Below are positions 44,596 to 53,234 of a DNA stretch of 64,000 nucleotides, piece after piece (the stretch's first letter is position 1; each line of letters starts with the position of its first letter). Position numbers and translations under genes: made by a program. This DNA comes from a virus (Duplodnaviria > Caudoviricetes), in IMG/VR virus record IMGVR_UViG_3300032226_000829. One strand, written 5' to 3'. The notes under the pieces are model-generated. The model was given only the letters and a program-made list of their open reading frames with translations, did not search any database and was not told where the DNA came from.

Positions 44596-44822
44596 TCCAA
44601 AAGAACCATGTATTCTTTGGGATAATGTTCACGAAACCAATCCAAACCTTGCTCCATGATGTCCGATTCTCCCAATTGTTCTGCACCTTTGATGCAGTCA
44701 TACACTGCCACTGCTTGTGGTGTCAGCATCACACTCTCTCCTGAGAATGGATTCTTAACTTCCACATCCTGCTTATCCAATATTTGGATTGGAAATGGAT
44801 CTTTTATTTTATTCATTCTCAC
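44592..44822 (-). CDS. Conserved phage hypothetical protein
   Basis: NPFSGESVML...AVYDCIKGAE...GLDWF...YMVLLD. Confidence 0.7.
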   Translation of the reverse strand: MRMNKIKDPFPIQILDKQDVEVKNPFSGESVMLTPQAVAVYDCIKGAEQLGESDIMEQGLDWFREHYPKEYMVLLD

Positions 44823-45018
44823 CTCTAGTCCATTGTTCTTTGTAGTCGTGCATGGTCTTCAATCCCTCTTCATTGTTGTGTAGATACTCCAACAATTCTT
44901 CCGCCAGCTCTTTACGAACTTGACTCTGCATGGGATCAGGATGACGTTCAATCATGATCTCGTGCAGACGCTCACGTATGCCTGCATACAAATGATATAG
45001 ATCCTGTTGTCTCAACAT
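44809..45018 (-). CDS. Hypothetical protein
   Basis: TAATG-coupled. Confidence 0.55.
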   Translation of the reverse strand: MLRQQDLYHLYAGIRERLHEIMIERHPDPMQSQVRKELAEELLEYLHNNEEGLKTMHDYKEQWTRGENE

Positions 45019-45356
45019 TATTTTTTAACCTCTTCTGTCGCAGGTGTAAACCAACCTTTGATTGTTTCCCAATTTTGTTTTTCCTGTTCAAACTTTAAGG
45101 TTTCGTTCCAGCTGTCTTTTTGGAACTGCTTGGTCTCTTCCCAAAAACTGCTCACTCCTAGAGCGATATTGTTGGGCAGATTCACCACAGTCACTCCCAG
45201 TGCTGTGACATCCTTAGACACAGATGTGCTCACTTCATCATACCACTTGTTGATGGCGTCTTGAGTTTCTTTTATGGTCTCATTGGCAGGCAATGGAGCA
45301 GTCATACCATATATCACGGCTGCCGTTGCCAGTATTAGTTTTTGTGTTGCGTTCAT
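45018..45356 (-). CDS. Secreted/helical hypothetical protein
   Basis: Signal-like N-terminus; WEETKQFQKDSW. Confidence 0.55.
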   Translation of the reverse strand: MNATQKLILATAAVIYGMTAPLPANETIKETQDAINKWYDEVSTSVSKDVTALGVTVVNLPNNIALGVSSFWEETKQFQKDSWNETLKFEQEKQNWETIKGWFTPATEEVKK

Positions 45357-45551
45357 TGTTTTCCTTTGGTTGTTGTGCATTACCATCCTCCATCCACATG
45401 ATGGATTTTACGATTGATTGAAGTCACTGTGCGTTCTTGTTCTGTGTGTTTGATGTCCACAATCAATACAGTCAGATCTGCTTTGGCACTTGACACATCT
45501 TTCTGTGTCAATTGAGTCAAGATTTTATTCAGTCTATTCAATAGTTCTGTT

Positions 45552-45806
45552 TTATTCATGTGTGTCTTCTTTCTTGTGTTGTTTAAAAAATTCTTCCCAA
45601 AACTGTTCTGTTTCCTGTTCTCTCAAAAGATTAGATCCCAATTGAACATTCTCATCAATCAATTCTAATGTTTTAAAATCTGCCAGCATGTCATCAAAAG
45701 GTATTTGATTGTTGCTTTGCCATCTCAAAATTCCCAGATTATCCATATAGGTTTCAAGGAAATTTGTTCTGATGTATTCTTCTGTGTGACCTGTTTGAAA
45801 TATCAT
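45552..45806 (-). CDS. Hypothetical early protein
   Basis: LRWQSNNQIPFDDML motif. Confidence 0.6.
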   Translation of the reverse strand: MIFQTGHTEEYIRTNFLETYMDNLGILRWQSNNQIPFDDMLADFKTLELIDENVQLGSNLLREQETEQFWEEFFKQHKKEDTHE

Positions 45807-46066
45807 TATGCCACCGTCACTAGGTATTCACAGGCAAGCAAAGTTTCCTTAACCGAATTTACACAAATTCTAGAATCTGATGAACCCCAACCTTCTGTTT
45901 CTGGCCAGTCACCGGTATAAAACATAACTGATTCATAAATGATATCCAACGCCTCTGGATTCACTATTCCTAGATCGCTGATTGCTCTCTTCATCATAGA
46001 GATAGTCAAATCAGATTCATTTCTAAATCTTGTTGCTAGTACTGTGTATATGTCTTTGTGTGCCAT
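45806..46066 (-). CDS. Hypothetical early protein
   Basis: AAGGAG RBS; DWPETEGWGSSD motif. Confidence 0.6.
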   Translation of the reverse strand: MAHKDIYTVLATRFRNESDLTISMMKRAISDLGIVNPEALDIIYESVMFYTGDWPETEGWGSSDSRICVNSVKETLLACEYLVTVA

Positions 46067-46089
46067 TGTTCTCCTTTTGTTATAATACT

Positions 46090-46181
46090 AGTATAGCATC
46101 ATGGATACCAAAAAGTCTACCAAATAAGATTAGCATTTTACTGGATATTCAAAAATAAAAGTGTTCAATTTCAATGGTTTA
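46090..46181 (-). promoter_or_regulatory. Early promoter cassette (TAGACT-18-TGcTATACT) plus TAAACCATTGAA
   Basis: TTTTGGTA in the spacer. Confidence 0.7.
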
Positions 46182-46204
46182 GAATCCGCCAATTGCTTGA
46201 CTTT

Positions 46205-46594
46205 TTAATCTGCCCAACTGCGAATAGAGCTTTTAATACCGTGCAATTCCAACACTGATTGCACAGCTTCCATGGCATGTTCTTGAATATCCAAAGATTG
46301 TGTGCCCAACAGTCTATGACCTCGCATTATGGAATAATAACTGAGTTTGTAGGTTCGGCCTCGTTTGTCCTGACTGTCACCCAGACCCTGCTGTGTCAAC
46401 CATGTGACAAATTTACCTTGAGAGTCCTCTAGGACAATAATATGTGATGATCCACAATACATGGGTTCACCGTGTTTTTTAACAAATTCATCCACTGCTG
46501 AGTGAGCCGCTTCACACACACAGTGCCATAGGTCTCGGGCAGAGACCCGATGACTCAAGAAACTGTTGATCTTTAATTGAGCTTCTGAGATCAT
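46205..46594 (-). CDS. Hypothetical early protein, paralog of 23703-24041
   Basis: HGEPMYCG...MRGH...TQS...SWAD. Confidence 0.7.
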   Translation of the reverse strand: MISEAQLKINSFLSHRVSARDLWHCVCEAAHSAVDEFVKKHGEPMYCGSSHIIVLEDSQGKFVTWLTQQGLGDSQDKRGRTYKLSYYSIMRGHRLLGTQSLDIQEHAMEAVQSVLELHGIKSSIRSWAD

Positions 46595-46968
46595 TAGTTG
46601 CACAATCTACCGTGCGAATCCATATACAACGCACCAGTCCATCTCACGATGTAATTGCCAAATATGTTGCCTCTGGCAGCATTTTGAGCAGGCATATTAT
46701 AACCGGCTGCTTTAAGGATATCACCTTTGCGAAATTGCACACCTTTTGAACTCACGAAGTCTTCTTTCACTATGAAAGAATGCACACCGTAATTCTTTTT
46801 AGTTATCTTGATAAATTTCTTGCCTTCTTTGACTTCAAGAGATTGTTCAAATTCTCTTTTCATGTTGTCTCTTATTTGATCTCTCACAGAATCACCTGTG
46901 TTGGTGCCTTGAAAGCATCCATAATCCGCTCTTATCTTATCTAGGTATATTGCCAGTTCTTTTTTCAT
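46594..46968 (-). CDS. Conserved T4-like aquatic phage protein
   Basis: KKFIKI...VHSFIVK...KGDILKAAGYNMPA.NAARGNI. Confidence 0.75.
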   Translation of the reverse strand: MKKELAIYLDKIRADYGCFQGTNTGDSVRDQIRDNMKREFEQSLEVKEGKKFIKITKKNYGVHSFIVKEDFVSSKGVQFRKGDILKAAGYNMPAQNAARGNIFGNYIVRWTGALYMDSHGRLCN

Positions 46969-46996
46969 CAGTGCCTCTTGGTTGGTTTATACTATT

Positions 46997-47067
46997 ATTA
47001 TACACTCACCTATACCAAAAAGTCAATGTTTTGGTATCAGAAAAAGGTGTTCAATTACAGTGACTTA
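46997..47067 (-). promoter_or_regulatory. Early promoter cassette (TTGACT-18-TATAAT) plus TAAGTCACTGTA
   Basis: ATACCAAAA/TTTTGGTAT inverted repeat encloses the -35. Confidence 0.75.
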
Positions 47068-47291
47068 AACAGAGGATTGGATTTGATCTCTTTTTTCTTC
47101 TCATTGGCTGTGTGAATCTCCAGCAATGGATTGTCTATTTGTTTGATCTTCAGCAGTTTGGCTTCGAAAAACCCTGTGATTCGCTCCCTCGCCTTCTGTT
47201 CTGTGTCAGCATAAAACCAGCTCTTCACCCGGACTCCAGTGGACAACACACATTCAAAACTCCAAGCGGCGTTGTAAAGTTTATCGGTCAT
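47055..47291 (-). CDS. Hypothetical protein
   Basis: ATGA-coupled to the HNH gene. Confidence 0.55.
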   Translation of the reverse strand: MTDKLYNAAWSFECVLSTGVRVKSWFYADTEQKARERITGFFEAKLLKIKQIDNPLLEIHTANEKKKEIKSNPLFKSL

Positions 47292-47716
47292 TTTATCTCC
47301 TTTTTTGTTTTGTTAGCAAAATCACCATTGATAAAACTTTTTATATCATGACATGGTCTACATACCTTTTTGATGTTATCTTTATGATCTGTGCCACCCA
47401 ATGCTCTTGGTACAATGTGATCTCCATGCATCTGATATCTCATGGCAGTCCATTTTAATTCAGGATCCGTAATTTTATCGAATCTTGGATCTTTTCTAGG
47501 ATCATACCCACATTCTTCACATTCCCAGCCTTTATGAAATGTATGAGGTTCTGAAGGATTTCCAAATCCCCCGTATTCTCTACACTCACATTGATGATCC
47601 CTACACAAGGAATCTGACCCAGGCCCTTCATATATGCTTAAAGGTTCATCACAACCTGGAACAACACATTTAAGATTTAGGTTCTGTTGTTCTTTCAGCA
47701 CATCAAAACTCTTCAT
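47288..47716 (-). CDS. HNH endonuclease with Zn-binding Cys clusters
   Basis: CEECG, GDHIVPRALGGTDHKDNIKKVCRPCHDIK. Confidence 0.85.
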   Translation of the reverse strand: MKSFDVLKEQQNLNLKCVVPGCDEPLSIYEGPGSDSLCRDHQCECREYGGFGNPSEPHTFHKGWECEECGYDPRKDPRFDKITDPELKWTAMRYQMHGDHIVPRALGGTDHKDNIKKVCRPCHDIKSFINGDFANKTKKEIK

Positions 47717-47745
47717 TTTATCCTGACTGGGGTTTCGAAAAACGA

Positions 47746-48897
47746 CTACCATAGTAATGACTTTCCTACTGTAAACCCATTGTTTACACTGTAATCTGGA
47801 GTTTGAAGTTTTGTACTTTTTTGTAATTGAGCTATGTAAAAAGGCATTCCACATTTAGGTTCAGTAACAAAACCTTTTATTTTTTTTGTTTCTGCATAAC
47901 TTTCTGCATTAGCTTTTTTATACCAAGTTTCATATACCTGTTTGACTTTGCTCCAAAATGAACCTGTTTCAGACCAATTGGCTTCAAAATATTTTTTATT
48001 GAAGTCAACTAATTCAAGTAAGTATGCATCATCCACCACTATGTTTTGTTTGTGGCAAGCATCAAAAAACTCATACAGCATTCTTACTTCTTTAGCCTGT
48101 GTGGGTCTTTTAGGATTAAGAAATGCAAAATATTGTGAAAACATTCTAGTGACCTCTGGATGTTTTCTAGTTTTTAAAGACTTGCTCATTAGAGTATCTG
48201 CTAATAATGTGATTGCACCCTCTTCCTCTTCGTCACCAAATTTTTTATCAGTGGCAAATAATCCTGCCGCAGATAGATAATCATTTTTCTTGGCTGTATC
48301 TAACCATTCTGGATCAGTGCTTCCATCTATTTTGACTCCATAAACCATTTGTCTATATTTGTCAATAAAATCAATTTTTTGTTTGGCATCGCCATTCAAT
48401 AAAATAAAATTCCTACGTATTTCTAATTTGTGTTTGACAGGATAAATTACCACTGGAAACATCTGATTAGCTAAACGCTCACCAAATACCTTAGTGATTA
48501 AAATATACAGCATCACAGCAGTGTGTTGACCCTCCCAAGCAATGTAATATCCAGGTTTTTCGTCGTCTTCATACACTTGAATAGCCATTACCATAGTGGC
48601 TGCAAAACAATTAATAATGTTCATAATAAATTCTAAATTCAAAGGTCTTTGCATGGTAGCGTCAATAAGAATTTTATCAGCTGGAACCATTATACCTTTG
48701 CAAATTTTAATTTGTTCGAAAGACGTGTATTGGTTTGCGTGGCGTCTTTTGAATTCATCTACCACTTGTTCTAACCTTGCTTTAAAGTATGACGCAAGAC
48801 TTAAGGCAAAATCCAAGCGACTTTCCAAAGTTACGAAATTACTTCCTTTGTTGAGATATTGTTTATTGATGAGGTCGGCGTGTGAGTGTACTAACAT
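47746..48897 (-). CDS. ParB/Srx-fold (DGQH-like) domain protein
   Basis: IDATMQRPL...IAWEGQHT resembles the DGQH(R) motif; AT-rich. Confidence 0.55.
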   Translation of the reverse strand: MLVHSHADLINKQYLNKGSNFVTLESRLDFALSLASYFKARLEQVVDEFKRRHANQYTSFEQIKICKGIMVPADKILIDATMQRPLNLEFIMNIINCFAATMVMAIQVYEDDEKPGYYIAWEGQHTAVMLYILITKVFGERLANQMFPVVIYPVKHKLEIRRNFILLNGDAKQKIDFIDKYRQMVYGVKIDGSTDPEWLDTAKKNDYLSAAGLFATDKKFGDEEEEGAITLLADTLMSKSLKTRKHPEVTRMFSQYFAFLNPKRPTQAKEVRMLYEFFDACHKQNIVVDDAYLLELVDFNKKYFEANWSETGSFWSKVKQVYETWYKKANAESYAETKKIKGFVTEPKCGMPFYIAQLQKSTKLQTPDYSVNNGFTVGKSLLW

Positions 48898-49040
48898 TTT
48901 TTTCTCCTTTTAGTTGCGGACATAATGTCCTATTAGCGGGCCATATTGCCCTAAAGTTAAATGTTAATTAGATAATATAATAAGTTATATAAAAAGTCAA
49001 TCAGAAAAGACTGCCAAAATAACTGTTGATATAGAAGGAT

Positions 49041-49700
49041 TTATAGTACCAGTGTGCTGGTGCTGTCGCCCACTTGGCCCGAAACCCAAGTGTTGAATGC
49101 CAGACTGTAGCGTTCTTTTTTGGGATTGCTCTTGTTGGTAGTGACTGAATGTGTGAGCCAGCTGGGGAAGAATACCACGTCCCACTTCTTAGGGCGCAGA
49201 CTCCAACCCTGTGCGTTGAACACATTGAACTTGTCAGGATTGAAATTGTAATCAATTTTCACCACATCAGGAAACACGTTGGTCCAATGCTTGTCTTTGT
49301 GGAACACAATGTCACCTGTGTCCTGCACATCTGATAGATACAACACTCCCGATATGAGACTGTTGCTGTGATAGTGTTCGCCCGAATAATCCTGATCCAT
49401 GTATTGATTCATCCATGAAGTGTTGATTCTAAATTTGTGTTTGCGATCCACATCCAAAAATCCATGCAAAAAGTCTTCCAATCTTGCTGTGAGTGCATCC
49501 TTGAGTGGTCGGCAGATGGGTTCATCCAACACGAACAGCCCTGACGAGTTCTTGGCATTGCTGTAGATCAATCTCTTGTAGTCCAATTTATTAATGAGGT
49601 AATCCTCAATCACTGAGCTCTGTGGTTCTATTTCTGTATTGCACACGGGTACGGCAAACAAAGGCAGCACATTTTCGTTGGTGATGGGTTTCAAAGACAT
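49041..49700 (-). CDS. Putative 2OG-Fe(II) oxygenase (TIGR02466-like)
   Basis: HYHSNSLISGVLYL, FFPSWLTHSV, RYSLAFN. Confidence 0.85.
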   Translation of the reverse strand: MSLKPITNENVLPLFAVPVCNTEIEPQSSVIEDYLINKLDYKRLIYSNAKNSSGLFVLDEPICRPLKDALTARLEDFLHGFLDVDRKHKFRINTSWMNQYMDQDYSGEHYHSNSLISGVLYLSDVQDTGDIVFHKDKHWTNVFPDVVKIDYNFNPDKFNVFNAQGWSLRPKKWDVVFFPSWLTHSVTTNKSNPKKERYSLAFNTWVSGQVGDSTSTLVL

Positions 49701-49715
49701 TGTACTATTATATAA

Positions 49716-50696
49716 CTAATTTTTTACCAAGTCAATCAGTTTCTGAATCTGTGTGGGTTTGGTTTGTTTGAGTATGCCATGTCCTAGATTGAACACATAA
49801 GGATGATCCTTAAATTTATCCAAATACATTTTGGCAGTGTGCAGCATGTTTTGGGTATCACCCAATAATTTTTTTGGATCCAGTCCTCCTTGTATGGGCC
49901 AACGATTCAACATCTGCAGAGCCCAATCGATATCCATGGTGTAATCAATGCTGATGCAACTGGGATTCACTGTTTTACAAAAATTTAAAACTTGATTGGG
50001 TTTCAATCCTTTGGGGAAACAGATGATGGGCACAGTGGGGTGTCTCATTCTCAATGCAGTGACTATCTGCTGATTGGGCAAGATACAATGTCGCATCACA
50101 TCTGCATCAGTTTTGAGTGTGCCTGCATGACTGTCAAATATCTGTACCACATCACATCCTGCCAGTATTTGATTGCTCAAATGTTCCACAGTTTGTACTA
50201 TCAATCTTTGATGAACATCTTCCTGTTCTCGTTCGGTCAGTGTGACAGTGGGGTCAATCATATAGTGCATCAGTGTGTGAGGAGCAGCAGCAAATCCTAT
50301 GAGACTTTGGTCCCAAGCCAATCTTTCACGTGTGATTTTTATGCTACGATACACAGGTGTAAGTTTTTTTAAAAATTCTTTTGGGTCATGGTCAAAAAAA
50401 GTATTCAAATCAAACACACTCAGTTCAGGACCCTGCTGAGCCACGAATTCTAAATCTTGTCCCATGGCCCAAGGAATCAACAGTATGTCGGAAAATATAA
50501 TGGCAGCATCTAATGCATAACGACGCACAGGTTGCAGAGTGATCTCCACCACAGTGGGCACATCCAAGGCTTTCTCCATGAAAGTCATATGATTCATCAC
50601 ACGATATTCAGGCAGGTATCTGCCAGCCTGACGCATGAACCACACTGGTTTGGGTTCAGTAACACTGCCCTGTAATGTTTGTTTTAATCTATTCAT
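49716..50696 (-). CDS. hemE: Uroporphyrinogen decarboxylase
   Basis: VWFMRQAGRYLPEYR, DAAIIFSDIL, QIFDS, FNLGHGI. Confidence 0.95.
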   Translation of the reverse strand: MNRLKQTLQGSVTEPKPVWFMRQAGRYLPEYRVMNHMTFMEKALDVPTVVEITLQPVRRYALDAAIIFSDILLIPWAMGQDLEFVAQQGPELSVFDLNTFFDHDPKEFLKKLTPVYRSIKITRERLAWDQSLIGFAAAPHTLMHYMIDPTVTLTEREQEDVHQRLIVQTVEHLSNQILAGCDVVQIFDSHAGTLKTDADVMRHCILPNQQIVTALRMRHPTVPIICFPKGLKPNQVLNFCKTVNPSCISIDYTMDIDWALQMLNRWPIQGGLDPKKLLGDTQNMLHTAKMYLDKFKDHPYVFNLGHGILKQTKPTQIQKLIDLVKN

Positions 50697-51520
50697 CACC
50701 ATTCAGCGTGGGGAGGCATGCTCATCAAGATGGCATCCACACAGCCACCAGTATTTAAACCAAACTGTGTGCCACGGTCGTACATCAGGTTGAACTCCAC
50801 ATAGCGTCCACGTTTGCGATTTTGAATCTGTTTGTCTTTCTGAGTGTATTTTTTACTTTGATTCTGATCTATCATTTGGAGGCTAAGACGATGAAATGCT
50901 TCACCCACCTGCTGTATGAACACAAAGTCTCCTATGTAGGCATTGGGGTGACTCAACAGCATGTGATCAAAAAATATACCGCCCGCACCTCTCACTTCTT
51001 TACGATGCTTGATATAAAAGTATTCATCACACTGTCGACGAAACTGTGCTGAATCCTTGTGATGGTTCTCACAGGTTTCTTTCAACACTGTGTGCCACAG
51101 TTCTATGGATTTTTTATTGGGATGACTGGGAGTTTGATCCATGCCACCTCCCCACCAACACTGTGTGGTCTCCAAGTATCTTGTGTTAAAATGCATGGCT
51201 GGTACATAAGGGTTTCTGGGATGAGCCACCACACTGATGCCTGTGGCAAAGAATGCACCATCCTTGTCGGCACCCATGACCTGACTGCGATATCTCTCAT
51301 CAATCACTCCTCTCACAGTGCTCACATTCACTCCCACTTTTTCAAACACCACACCACCCTGCAATAACATCATCACACCACCACCATTCACAGTCTTGGG
51401 TCCACGCTGCCATTCTGTGCGTTTGAATCGTGCTCGAGGTTCTAATTTTTGATAGCTCGCACACAACTGATCTCTCAGTGTTTCAAACCATGTTTGATTG
51501 ATTCGGCGTAGATCAGTCAT
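50696..51520 (-). CDS. hemF: Oxygen-dependent coproporphyrinogen III oxidase
   Basis: FEKVGVNVS, HPRNPYVPAMHFNTRY, GGGMDQTP, RGRYVEFNLMYDRGTQFGL. Confidence 0.95.
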   Translation of the reverse strand: MTDLRRINQTWFETLRDQLCASYQKLEPRARFKRTEWQRGPKTVNGGGVMMLLQGGVVFEKVGVNVSTVRGVIDERYRSQVMGADKDGAFFATGISVVAHPRNPYVPAMHFNTRYLETTQCWWGGGMDQTPSHPNKKSIELWHTVLKETCENHHKDSAQFRRQCDEYFYIKHRKEVRGAGGIFFDHMLLSHPNAYIGDFVFIQQVGEAFHRLSLQMIDQNQSKKYTQKDKQIQNRKRGRYVEFNLMYDRGTQFGLNTGGCVDAILMSMPPHAEW

Positions 51521-52208
51521 TGCTCATGCTCTTGGACAGATGCTGCCTCAGTCTATTCTTGGGCACTGTGATGTCTCTGTGATCACACACCTCAGTCAAC
51601 ACACAACTGGCACAGTCTGGTGTTCTGGATCTGCATACCAATTTAGCATGAGTGATCAGCCACATGTGGGCTGCATATTTGTACTCCATGGGTGTGTCTT
51701 CATTGACCTTAATAGAAGCTTTGCCTTCGTCTAGATTATCCACCCAGCCCAATCGCCACAATAATCTAAACACATGGGTGTCCACAGCTATGTGTGGTTG
51801 ACCCCAAACAAAACGCATAATGATGTCGGAACTCTTGCGACCCACTCCAGGCAGCGTCATCAATTCCTCTTGTGTCTGTGGCACCTTACCATCGAACTGT
51901 TCCAACAGCATCCTGCTGGTGGCCAGTATGTTCTTTGATTTGGCTGTGAATAATCCTGCGGGTCTGATGGCCTCAATAATCTGATCCTGTGACAATTTCA
52001 ACATGTCTGTGGGAGTATCTGCCAATGCGAACAATTGTCTGCAGGCCACTGCGGTTCTGGCATCCTGTGATTGTGCGCTCAGCATCACTCCTATGAGGCT
52101 GGTGTAGGCTCGGGAATACAATTTGGCCTTGGGCTTATGATTGCTGTATTGTGAATATTTTTGACTCAGCTGTTGGTAGATGGTGTGTATCTGTGCCGTG
52201 GATTTCAT
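51513..52208 (-). CDS. nth: Endonuclease III (HhH-GPD glycosylase, 4Fe-4S)
   Basis: LSAQ, LPGVGRKS, VDTHV, CRSRTPDCASCVLTEVC. Confidence 0.92.
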   Translation of the reverse strand: MKSTAQIHTIYQQLSQKYSQYSNHKPKAKLYSRAYTSLIGVMLSAQSQDARTAVACRQLFALADTPTDMLKLSQDQIIEAIRPAGLFTAKSKNILATSRMLLEQFDGKVPQTQEELMTLPGVGRKSSDIIMRFVWGQPHIAVDTHVFRLLWRLGWVDNLDEGKASIKVNEDTPMEYKYAAHMWLITHAKLVCRSRTPDCASCVLTEVCDHRDITVPKNRLRQHLSKSMSND

Positions 52209-52296
52209 TGCTACAGTATAGCATAATTTTTGACAGAGTCAATGTGGCTGAAATGTTTTGGTGTTGTGGAGCAGAACTCCACAACTCTTGTGTGTA

Positions 52297-52494
52297 TTAT
52301 TGCACTGATAGATTGACTGCAGATGGACCTTTTGGGCCATTCTCCATGTCAAACATCACAGCGTCACCTTCATTCAGTGATTCTAAGCCTGCGGCTTGCA
52401 CTGCTGAAATGTGAACAAACACATCTTTGTCTTCGGTAGTGATAAATCCAAAGCCTTTTGAGCTGTTGAACCATTTTACTGTTCCTTGTGTCAT
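52297..52494 (-). CDS. cspA: Cold-shock protein
   Basis: [23 protein letters not shown]. Confidence 0.95.
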   Translation of the reverse strand: MTQGTVKWFNSSKGFGFITTEDKDVFVHISAVQAAGLESLNEGDAVMFDMENGPKGPSAVNLSVQ

Positions 52495-52652
52495 AGTTGT
52501 TCTTTCTTTTGGTTATTATTATTTTTGAGGAAGTTGTATGTTGTATTGGGCGGGAGTTTGTTATGCTTCTGCTTGGTTACGCAATTACTCTTTTACTCAT
52601 GTTTATTTATCCATTGTAGCAGATTAGGCATGGAGTGTCAACCTTTTTAGAA

Positions 52653-52726
52653 TGGTGCCCCCACCCTGTACTGACCAGGAAACTAATCCTTACCAAGGAC
52701 TTGTTATGCCATTTAACTATAAGGGC
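52653..52726 (-). tRNA. tRNA-Thr(GGT) with atypical T-loop
   Basis: GCCCTTA/TGGGGGC acceptor, loop TTGGTAA, CCA; T-loop GTCAGTA. Confidence 0.8.
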
Positions 52727-52735
52727 TTATAAAAT

Positions 52736-52894
52736 TTAATTGTGCTGAGTGTTTTTAATAAAAAGTTTTTTAAAAAAATCAATCACCTTCACAATCAAAT
52801 CCACTATCACGCACAGGAGGGTCACTGACACCAACATCGCCATGCAAATCACAAACCAAATCATATTCCACAAAGTATTCCACATGAGTTTCAT
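52736..52894 (-). CDS. Small membrane protein
   Basis: Long hydrophobic segment; ATGA-coupled to a 29-aa hydrophobic ORF at 52891-52980. Confidence 0.45.
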   Translation of the reverse strand: MKLMWNTLWNMIWFVICMAMLVSVTLLCVIVDLIVKVIDFFKKLFIKNTQHN

Positions 52895-52980
52895 CCTAGC
52901 AATATCACAAACACCACTATGAGGAACAGCACTATCAGCACCATGGCACAATCTTTGTATTTGTCTCTTTGGAAATTCAT

Positions 52981-53220
52981 TTATTTTGATACTTTAAACA
53001 AACTGATGGCTTTTTTGATGTCAGCCACACAACCTTCTTGATCCATCGCTTGTAATTTTTCTTCAGCTGCTGTTCTCAATGCCAGTTGTTCTGCAGTGGG
53101 TGTGAATGTTTTGGCTTTAAGATCAAATTGATTGATAAAGTTTTTGCAATCCACTATGGATGATTGAGCAGTGCTCCACAGCAATGCCAACACCACTGTA
53201 ATAGATAATATTGTTTTCAT
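52981..53220 (-). CDS. Small secreted helical protein
   Basis: Signal peptide, two Cys. Confidence 0.6.
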   Translation of the reverse strand: MKTILSITVVLALLWSTAQSSIVDCKNFINQFDLKAKTFTPTAEQLALRTAAEEKLQAMDQEGCVADIKKAISLFKVSK

Positions 53221-53234
53221 TTGATTGTCCTTGG

